Source: a virus (taxonomy: Duplodnaviria > Caudoviricetes). From it: a DNA stretch of 64,000 bases. The notes under the pieces were generated by a model that was not told where the DNA came from, did not search any database, and saw only the letters and a list, made by a program, of their open reading frames with translations. The position numbers and the translations under genes were made by a program. Shown here in pieces: positions 9,590 through 19,600 of this stretch. How positions within the stretch are numbered: the stretch's first letter is position 1; the number at the start of each line of letters is the position of its first letter. Where the stretch lies: the IMG/VR virus record IMGVR_UViG_3300042339_001064, positions 16,674 to 80,673 of that record. One strand, written 5' to 3'.

Positions 9590-12334
9590 ATGAAAGAATT
9601 ATTATTACAAATAGCAGGAGTAAAAACAGAAGCTGAGTTTTATAAGAAATTTCCAACACAAGAAGCTTTCTTCAAAGCATACCCTGAAGCTCAAGAAATT
9701 ATTGCTCAATACCAACAACAAGAAATGATGGCTAATGCTCCAGAAAATTCTGAAGAGCAAATGATGGGTACTGAAGAAGAAATGGTAGCTCAAATGGCAA
9801 TGGGAGGAATGATTAAGAGAAAAGATGGTTCTTACTCTAAAAGAGGGTTGTGGGACAATATAAGAGCTAATAAAGGTTCTGGTAAAAACCCTACAAAACA
9901 AATGTTAGAGCAAGCTAAAAAAATCCAAGCAGAAGAAATGATGTATGGAGGAATGGTTGATTCCTACTATAATGGAGGAGGAATAAACAACCCAGGATTT
10001 AAAGCTTTACCTAAATCTGTGCAAGAAAACATAATATCTAATATGTCTATGGGTGGTATGGTAGATGAGTATGGAAATGGAGGGTACACTGTAAGAAAGA
10101 GTAATGATAGAAAAGGTAAAACACACGTTGTTACTGGACCTGATGGTACTAAAAAATACTTTGGTGATCCTAAAATGGGAGAAAAAAGCAAATCTAAATA
10201 TGGTAAAGAAGCCTTTTATGCTAGACATAAAACTAATTTAAAAAACAATCCTTACTTTAGAGCTTATGCTAGATCTACTTGGGCTGATGGTGGAATTATT
10301 CCTGAAATGGAAGAATTGATGTTAGCTGGAGATTATTATAATATGGGAGGATATGTAGAATATCCTACAATGTATCCTGGGGGAGGCATGATAGCAGGTC
10401 CTATGATGGGTTATGAAGATGATGAATTTATGTATGCTATGGGAGGAGGAATTAATATTAACCCTGCTAATAAAGGTAAGTTTACTGAATGGGCTGCTAG
10501 TAGAGGAATGGGAGTACAAGAGGCTGCTAATAAAGTAATGGCTAATAAAGATAAATATTCTACTAATGTAGTACAAATGGCTAACTTTGCTAGAAATGCT
10601 GCTAAGTGGAAAAAACAAGATGGTGGAGAAATAGATGCATTAGATACTTTGTATAATAGAATGCCAGTGCAAACAGAGTCTTATCAAGGTCAACCTGAAC
10701 AAGTAGTATTACCTGATGGTACTATTCAATCTGTTAATGCTACTCAATCTCATGAAAGTATGTCTGATAATGAAATTACAGATGTATTACCTACAGGATC
10801 TCATATTCAAAGTTCAAGAAATAAATATACTCCAGCACAATATCAACAACTAATTGATATGTTTACACCTGAAGTAGCAAAAGAAAGAATGCTTCAAATA
10901 GAACAAATTACAAAAGGAAAAAATAAAAAAATATCTCCTGCTGAAATTTCTGAGTATGCTAAAAATAAATATCAAAAAAAATCAACACCTAATTCTTTTA
11001 ATACTGATAAATTAAAAGAAAGTAATAAACAATCATTTGTAGACTTAAGTATTCAAATGAATGACTTAATAAAAGCTGGTAAAGAATTGGCTGAAGGTCA
11101 AATGCAATTACCTATGGAAAATCCTATGATGGCTTATGGGGGGATGGTTAATAAATATCAAGATGGTACAAACAGCAATGTAAAAATAGTTACATATCCT
11201 GGGGGTAAAACAAAAACTCCTACAGGAAAAGAAAATAAATATAATAAAGATGCATCTTATTTAACCCAGTGGGAAGATTTAATTCCAGGTATTTCAAAAA
11301 AGTCTAATATAGAAGCTCAAGAATTAATTTACGATTATACATTAAAAAATAATCCTGAAGAAATTAAAAATATGTGGAGTAGTTATGGTTTAACTTCACA
11401 AGGTATGAAAGATCCTAGGTTTAAAACAAAGTATCCTACAGGTACAATTGATTCTTCTACATTAACTCCAGAAGAACTTATGTCTTTACGTTCTGCTTAT
11501 GCAGATAGTTTTTTTGGTGCAAGACAACTTGAACCTAAAAGAAAAGCAACTCCTGTAACTACCTCTGTAACTCCTCAAACTCCTGCAGAAAAAGCAGCTA
11601 ATTTAGAATTAGCAAGGATTAATGCAGTAGCTGGTGCAAAACAAATGCCTATGCAAAATAGGTTTAATTATGGACTATTAGAAGGACAATTAGGAAGAGG
11701 TCTTGCAGCAAATGAAGCTTATACAAATGCAGCAATGGATTTAGATCCTTTATATATAATGGAAACTCCTGATACTTATATTAGAAGTAGAAAGAATGAA
11801 ATTCCTATAGGAAACATTCTTTATAATATAGAAAGAGCTCAAAGAAATTCTGCAAATGCTTTAGCAGCACAAACAGGGGATTGGAGTACTTTAGCTAGTA
11901 ATATTGCTAATGCAGGGGCATCAGCTATGAATCAAGTGGGAGATACTTTAAGTGCTTTAAATACTCAAAATGTAGGACTTTATAACACAACACAAGGTCT
12001 TCAACAAGGATTACTAGCAGATAATATGGATGTAAGAAATCAAAATCTTACAGCTGCTCAAAATTTAGCAAATCTTAAAAGAAACTTATTGGGTAAAAAA
12101 GCTGTTACAGATGCAGAGTTGTACTCTCAATATGTTAAAAGTATGGGTGAAAATACTCAAAAAGAACAAAATCAAAAATTAGCATTATTAGATATAATGG
12201 CTGCAAAACCAGATATGTTTAGAGGAGAGCAAGGACAAAGATTTGCTAATCAAATTATGGGTACTACAGGTTCTTTTAATAATCCTTTTGCAGGGTCTCC
12301 ATTAGACTTTCTTTTTAATAATATTAGTAGGTAA
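9590..12334 (+). CDS. Virion cargo protein with phi-x-x-GG motifs and small basic modules
   Basis: 914-aa Cys-free ORF with MAMGG/MMYGG/YYNGG/WADGG/YAMGG/KQDGG/MAYGG motifs. Contains an 'ININPANKGKFT...ANFARNA' module and an 'E...PDG...HE' segment recalled from crAss-like structural proteins. C-terminus is Gln/Asn/Ala-rich and helical. Confidence 0.6.
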   Translation: MKELLLQIAGVKTEAEFYKKFPTQEAFFKAYPEAQEIIAQYQQQEMMANAPENSEEQMMGTEEEMVAQMAMGGMIKRKDGSYSKRGLWDNIRANKGSGKNPTKQMLEQAKKIQAEEMMYGGMVDSYYNGGGINNPGFKALPKSVQENIISNMSMGGMVDEYGNGGYTVRKSNDRKGKTHVVTGPDGTKKYFGDPKMGEKSKSKYGKEAFYARHKTNLKNNPYFRAYARSTWADGGIIPEMEELMLAGDYYNMGGYVEYPTMYPGGGMIAGPMMGYEDDEFMYAMGGGININPANKGKFTEWAASRGMGVQEAANKVMANKDKYSTNVVQMANFARNAAKWKKQDGGEIDALDTLYNRMPVQTESYQGQPEQVVLPDGTIQSVNATQSHESMSDNEITDVLPTGSHIQSSRNKYTPAQYQQLIDMFTPEVAKERMLQIEQITKGKNKKISPAEISEYAKNKYQKKSTPNSFNTDKLKESNKQSFVDLSIQMNDLIKAGKELAEGQMQLPMENPMMAYGGMVNKYQDGTNSNVKIVTYPGGKTKTPTGKENKYNKDASYLTQWEDLIPGISKKSNIEAQELIYDYTLKNNPEEIKNMWSSYGLTSQGMKDPRFKTKYPTGTIDSSTLTPEELMSLRSAYADSFFGARQLEPKRKATPVTTSVTPQTPAEKAANLELARINAVAGAKQMPMQNRFNYGLLEGQLGRGLAANEAYTNAAMDLDPLYIMETPDTYIRSRKNEIPIGNILYNIERAQRNSANALAAQTGDWSTLASNIANAGASAMNQVGDTLSALNTQNVGLYNTTQGLQQGLLADNMDVRNQNLTAAQNLANLKRNLLGKKAVTDAELYSQYVKSMGENTQKEQNQKLALLDIMAAKPDMFRGEQGQRFANQIMGTTGSFNNPFAGSPLDFLFNNISR

Positions 12335-12353
12335 CATTAAAATATATTAAATT

Positions 12354-13676
12354 ATGGCACAAAGATTTTCACCAAATACTTCAGTAGCTGAACAAATTTT
12401 ACTTAATCCTACATTTGCCAATATAGATTTTGCAGATTTTCAAGGATTAGATATGAATCTAATTGACAGAAATGCTGAATATACTCAAAACATAGCTAAT
12501 AAGAGATTTGAGGAAATGGTACAAGCACAAACTAAATTATTAGAAGATGTACAGTTACATAAAAGATTTGATTATCTTGAAAAAGATTTACAAAATAAAT
12601 TAGCATCTGTAATAGATAATGCAGGTAATGTTCAATTATCTGATAATGCTAATTTTAATAAATTAAATACTAATTTAATTTCATTAAAAGCTGATCCTCA
12701 ACTAAGAAAAGCTGTATATTCTTCTGAAGAAGCCAGAAAAATGCAAGAAATTTTAGAAAAAGATCCTACTCTTGAAAAAAGACCTTGGGATGCACCTGCA
12801 GCAATTAACTATAAAAAATTTTTAAAAGGAGAAACTAATGATTTTGAGTTAACTCCTATTTATAAAAATGTTGACTTACCATCATTTTGGTATAATGAGT
12901 TTTTTAGTAAATTGCCTGCAGATCAACAAGAAGTTTTAAGAGATTATGGTACTTATGGATTAGTTCAAGCTAAACAAGAAGGAAGAAATGTAGATCAATT
13001 AATAGACGCAATAAAAGATTTTAAAAATTTTACAATTAAAAATAATCCTGAAATTGTATCTCATTTAGAAAGAAGAGGAAATTATGAAGTTACAACTAAC
13101 CCAAATGTAAATAAAGATCAATTTATTAATGATTATATAGATGAAAGTGCAAGAGCTGCTGCAAGTAAAGTTGCTGGAATAAGTAATACTATATCTAGTG
13201 TAGGAATAAAGCCTGATGCAACTATGGGTTTAGAATGGAAGAGAGAAAATAGAATGCAAATAGCTCAAGATAAACAAAATGAATTTTATGCTCCTTATGA
13301 TTTTCAAGGAGGAGTACTAGTAAAAGGAAACAAACCTGTTACAGGAGCAATGGAAAAGGAGGCTCTTAAAAATGGAGTAGCAGCTTATCTAATTCCTAAA
13401 GATGGAAAAGTTAATACAACTAGTACCTCAACAGTAGATGGAAAAAATGTAACTGTACAAAATAAAAAATTAGTAGACTTTAATTCATTATATGTAACTA
13501 CTGTAAATGGTCAAAATATTTTAAAAGGAAATACAAAAACAGGAAAACCTATTGATCCTATTCCTGTGCCTGCAAATGTAATGTTAGATGTTCTTAATCA
13601 AATGGGAGGTAGAGGTAATTCTACTACACAACAACCTGGTTTAAATTGGGACCCTGTTACACAAACTTATAAATAA
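12354..13676 (+). CDS. Putative internal virion/ejection protein
   Basis: 440-aa helical, Cys-free ORF between the cargo genes and the giant genes; assignment is by synteny only. Confidence 0.5.
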   Translation: MAQRFSPNTSVAEQILLNPTFANIDFADFQGLDMNLIDRNAEYTQNIANKRFEEMVQAQTKLLEDVQLHKRFDYLEKDLQNKLASVIDNAGNVQLSDNANFNKLNTNLISLKADPQLRKAVYSSEEARKMQEILEKDPTLEKRPWDAPAAINYKKFLKGETNDFELTPIYKNVDLPSFWYNEFFSKLPADQQEVLRDYGTYGLVQAKQEGRNVDQLIDAIKDFKNFTIKNNPEIVSHLERRGNYEVTTNPNVNKDQFINDYIDESARAAASKVAGISNTISSVGIKPDATMGLEWKRENRMQIAQDKQNEFYAPYDFQGGVLVKGNKPVTGAMEKEALKNGVAAYLIPKDGKVNTTSTSTVDGKNVTVQNKKLVDFNSLYVTTVNGQNILKGNTKTGKPIDPIPVPANVMLDVLNQMGGRGNSTTQQPGLNWDPVTQTYK

Positions 13677-13689
13677 CAATAATTTTTTT

Positions 13690-16600
13690 ATGCCACAAGT
13701 TAATCATCCTAAATACGGAATTATAAATTTTCCTGATAATATGTCTCAAGAAGACATAAGACAAGCATTAATTAAATTAGATCAACAAGGAAATAAAATT
13801 ATACAACCTACCCAACAAAAACTTATGCAACAACAACCTGTTGCACCTAAACCTGTTGTAAAACAAGAAGAAGAACAAACTTTTTATAATCAATTAACAA
13901 ATAAAGTTTCGCAAGGTATTAAAGGAGTAACAAATTTTTTTACAGGTGAAGAAGAGCAGACTCCTCAACAAAAAATTAGTAATCAAATTCCTAATGTAAA
14001 TCAATCTAAAAGTGTAAAAGGGTATGGTCAAAGCAATATTGAAACACCTAAACCTATTAATACAAATGCTAAAGCTAGTGAACTTGCAAATGTAGGATAT
14101 AGACAAGGATCTTCTTTTGAAGAACAAAAAAGTGTTATTGACGATAATTATAATAAAGAAAGTGAAAAAGTAAAAAACAATTATTTAGCTCTTTTAAGAA
14201 TGGCTGGAGAAGAAAATCCAAGTTTAGATCAATTACCTCCTAATATAAAGTTATTATATAATAAAGATTTACAACCTATTACTGCAAAATATAACGCAGA
14301 AATAAATAAATTAAAAGCACAACCTTTAACTAATAGAAAAGGACTTATTACAGATATTAATCAAAAAAACAAACGTATTGAACAATTAAATGAAGGTATT
14401 GATTCATATACTAAAAAAGTAGAAAATCTTTCTAAACAAAATGAATTTTTAAATTTAGCAAAAGAAAATAATCCTTTAAACAAACCTTCATCAATAATTC
14501 CAATTGTTGGAATTTATAATATATATGATACATATTCAAAAAGAAAGGCAGAGATAAATAAAGCAAAAAAACAACTTGAAGGAGGAAAAAAAGATTTACA
14601 AAATTTAAAAAATTTTAATATTGATCCTATTCAAATATTAAAAAATACTCCTGCAAATGAATTACCTCAAATTACAGCTAGTTTAGAAAAACCTATAAAA
14701 AATCTATTAGAGTCTGCTAAAAAATTTATAAATTTAGAAGATGAAACCACTATTAGAGATTTAAATAAAGAACAAGAAACAAATAAAATTTGGACAGGTA
14801 ATGTTATATTTGATTGGTTTACAAATAATGTAGTAAAAAGAGAAAGAGATGTTGTAAAAGTAAAAAATTACTTGTCAGATACAAATGCAAAAGGGGCTTT
14901 AGAAAATACTACTAATTACTATTATGATAAAGTAGAGTTTAGTAATGCAGGATCTAAAAATAGATTACAACAAAAAATTGTTGAAAAAGGTTGGGATAAA
15001 GATATTAATGCATTTGATGAAAAATTTAATGCCTTATTAGAAGATTTTCCTAGTTTAAAAAATGATTCTAATAAATTAATGGGAACTATACAAAATTTAT
15101 ATAGTACTCCTGAACAACAACAAAAAGTTTTAAGTTTAATTCAAGATCCTGATTTTCAAGAAATTGTAACTAATAATGAAGCATTATATAATTTAAATGG
15201 GGCTAGAATTGGCCAGAGTTTAAAAATGTTTCAAGCTGAAAAAATTAATGAATTACAAGCTTTAAAAGTTGTTAAAAATTTAAATGAAAGACAACAAGCA
15301 GCCCAAGATAAATTAGAATTGCGATCAAAAGAATCTGGTTTATTTAGTGCTGATAGAGTAAATTATTATTTACAACAATTAGATAAAGGAAAAAGTTATA
15401 TTGCAGAATATGGTAAACAACAAGTAGGTTCATTAGCTACAACTATTAATCCAGAATCAGAATCTGCTAGAAAATTAGAATATAGTGCTGATTTATGGAA
15501 AGCTATTAATTTTGCACAAGATGAAGGAAATATTAGTCTTTTTGATAAAGGAGTAGAATGGGTAAATCTTGAAGCTGATAAAAATAATAACTACCAAATT
15601 GGTTTTAATAAATTGGGACAAGTTGTTGATGTAAAAGCTAATGATATGAGCATTTCTGTAAAAGGTTCTCAACGAGATTTAATTGAAAATTATTTTTATA
15701 GTAATAGTTCTGAATTAAAAAAGCAAGCTGGGGATATTTATAGTATGCCTGGAGGTACATCTGCTGCTTTGGGAGGAACTAGTAAAGCTATTGCAGTAGG
15801 TATTGCAGAAGAAGCTCCTACTATTGCAGCAGAAGTTGCAGCTACTATATTTACAGAAGGAGCAGCAGCTCCTTTATTAGAAGCAACTTTATTAAGATTA
15901 GGTGCAAAAGGAATAACTGCTGCAAAAGCTAGCAGAAACTTTAGTAAAATTGCAGGACAAGTTATTAATACTACATCTACTTATGCAGAGGTAAAACATG
16001 ACGTTGAAAAAAATTATAAAGAACAAGGTTTAGATCCAGGATTACTTCAAGTAATAACTACTTCAGGAGCTATATCAGCAGTTTCTCAACTTACTCCTGG
16101 TCTAGAAAATAAATATAGACAAATAGGAGCTGATTTTGTAGCAGATAGAGTAAAGAAAGAAGCAAACAATGTTTTTGTTGAAGATATACCAAAGGTAATT
16201 AAATCTCTTACAGATGATTTAGTGGATATTAAAAATCCTAGTGTAAAAGATTATTTATTTAATAAAGAATTAAGAAATTATGCAGTAGCTAGATTTAGTG
16301 ATAGAATGGGAACTGTAGCTAAATCTTTTCGTAAGGAAGGCTTACAAGAAGCATCTGAAGAAACCATTTTAGAACCTTTAGCACAAGTTTTAGCTAATGC
16401 AGCTAATGCTTCTTTAACAGGTAATGAAGAATATAATAAAGAAACTTTAAGAGATTTAGGATTTTTAGATCCTGAAACTGCTTTAATTGCAGGATTAACA
16501 GGAGGAATTATGTCTTCTGGGATAGAAGTTTCCAAAGCTAGTTCAGATTTAAATGAAACATTAGCAGCAAATTTTAAAAAAGATAATGGTTTAAATACTA

Positions 16601-19600
16601 TAAATGCATTACAAGCAGCTATAAAAGATCCTAATAAATTTAAAAGTTTATTGTCAACTTTTATTGGTAATTCTAGTCCTTCTGGAAATAGTTTAACTCA
16701 AGAAACTTATAATAATCTTATTGAGTCTTTTGATACTGTTAAAAATAATTTTGAACAAACTAAGAAAGACTTTAATTTAGATAATGATTTTATTTCTAAA
16801 TTAGATTTTGAAAATCCATTACATAAATCTATATTAGAAAGTGTAGGAGTTAATTTAAAAAATATTGAAAGTTTTAATGGTAGTAAAACTTTTGATAATG
16901 TTATTTTAAATTCAGAATTAAATAAAGTTAATAAAGAAAAAGTAGTAGCTAGTTTAGCTCAATCTTTAGGTATTCCAAATAATAATAATCAATTAGATTT
17001 AACTCCTTATTTAGATGAAAATGGATTTTTTGATTATAATAAATATATTGAAATAATAGGTAAAGATACTTTAGATGAAATAACTATTAATAATATAAAA
17101 GAATACAATAATATTGTAGGTAGAGAAAAAAGTACTAAAAATTTAATTAATTTATTTAATAAAAATTTAGGACCAATTCAAAGTCAATTTAAAGCTCAAT
17201 ATCAAACTGCTATAGAAAATAACCCTGAGTTATTAAATCCTCAAGCAGGATTTGTTAGAAGTATTTATCAACAAAATTTATTTAATAAATTAGCTAATCA
17301 AACTAGAATTGATAGAATTAATTCTTTATTAGAAATAGGGCAAGCAATTGATAAAGATAAGGAATTACGAGAAGAATTAAAGACTTTAAATGAAAATAAT
17401 AAAAGTTTAGATAAATCTTTAACTTCTATTACTGATACTTACACTAATGGATACTTTGATGCTCAAGAAAATTTAAATAATTTAGATGAAGAGTTTAATG
17501 AAATAGATAAACAATTGCAAGATAAATTAAATTCTTATTTATCTCCAGGACTTATTGATAATTTATCTGAAGAAAAAGAAAATGAAATAAAAAATTTAAT
17601 TAGAATTAAATCTGATAAGCTAAAAGAAATTAAAAAAACTCATAAAGAATTTAATTCAAGATTTAATAATGGTTTAAAATCTCAAACTTTAAATAGAAAA
17701 GCCTTAATAACTGATGCAGAAGGTAAAAGAACTGTTAAAGATGTAACTATTGATAAACAATTAGAAGAATCAATTAAAGGGGATAAAGAAAGATTAACTA
17801 AAATAAAAGAATATAGAAAAATTTTTGCTAATCTAATAAATGGTCAAGCAACTAAACAAGATTTAGATAAATTAAAAAAGAATAATAGATTATATAATAA
17901 ACAATTATTAGAAGAAACAGTCTTACCTTATTATGTATCTTTTAATAAAGAGGAATTAATACAAGCATTTGATAATGATCCTGATTTATTATTAGGTATG
18001 TTTTCTATATTAGAAGATATGGGATATGTTGGAGATATTCAAAATTATAAAAATGTTAATTTAGATACACTAACTTCTGTTGTTACTGATGGCATTATAA
18101 AGTTAAATTATAATATTAGTTTGATAAATAATAATCAAGAAAATTTAATTAATAATTTTGACCAAAAAAATGGAGCATTATTAGTTAATAATTATATTAA
18201 AACAATTGAAGAAAATTCTGCAAAAAATCAAGAACAACCTGCTGTTGAAACTCCTACTCAGTCAAGTGATAATGTACAAGATAATGTTATTAGTCTTATT
18301 GAAAAAAATAGTAAATTAAAGTCTGACTTTGATGAAGATGAAATAACAAATAATTTCTACATTATTAATGATAAAGAATATAAAAGAGTTACTTCTGTAG
18401 AAAGAGATGAGTTAAACTCTAATGAAAATTTAACTGCAGGTGCAAATGTTGGAAACTTTTTTGATTCATTAGGAAGGTTTATTTTTGGTAATTTAAATGT
18501 TACTAAGGAAAACAGTGATGTTATATTACAAGCACAATTAGATTATTTTAAAAATAACGGAATAACATTTAACTTAAAAAAAGATAGTTATGTTGAAATG
18601 TTTAATAATTTAATAGAGCAAAGAGATTCTTTAATACAAGAAGGATTTAAATTTATAACAGAAGAAAGAGTGCTTTATCATGCTTATGATGGTTTAAAAT
18701 TTATAGGAGAAGATTCAACAGGTATTAATGATAATACAATAGGTGTTGCAGGCACTATGGATATTATTGCTGTAGGTAAAGATGGTAAAGTAGATATTAT
18801 TGACTTAAAAACTATTTCAGATAATAAAGGAAAAGATACTGAAAATTTAAAAGATAAAGAAACCAATGGTTGGTCAAAACAATTAGGTTTTTATAAAACA
18901 TTATTAGAAAAAATACCATCTGTAAAAGTTAATAATACAAAAGTATTTGTTTCAAAAGTTAAATATGATATTAGTGATTTTGGTAATACAATTTCTTTTT
19001 TAAATTTTATAGAACCAAAACTTAATACTATTAATATATCTAAGTCAGCTTTAACATTAATAAATAATTATTTAAGTATTCCTAATTTAGTTATAGATAA
19101 ACCTGTAGAAATTATTACTAATACAGAAGCTATAACAGAAGAAGAAATGCCAGATTATATTTTAGAGCAACAAATGTTATTAGCTGAAGATAGTAATCCT
19201 GAGTTACCTAATAATGAAGATTTTGGTCCAGATGAATTTCAGTTAAGTCAGGCAACAGGGGTGCCTGTAACAGAAATGGAAGGTATAGTTCCTATTATTA
19301 AAACAGAAGTAATTGATTTACAAACAGATAATAATATATTTTTTACACCTGTTAATCAAACTAAAGCAGAAAATTTAGAAATTGAAATTAATAAATTAAT
19401 ATCAGATAAAAATAAAGAATTAAGAAATTTAATTGTAAATACAGAAAATGTTGATCAAAAAATAAATAAAATTACTAATAAATATAACAAATTAATTACA
19501 AAAGCTAAAAAAGAATTATTAATATTACAAGGAAAATCTCCTATACAAAAAACTAAATTAGTTAATGAATTAGTAACTGGAGATAAAATAATAATAGATA

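Noticed and set aside
5631-10450. GGAGG runs as internal Shine-Dalgarno sites creating nested genes
   Set aside because: They are explained by Gly-Gly codons. Real gene starts in this genome lack SD sequences (Bacteroidota-style), and most GGAGG runs have no correctly spaced ATG.
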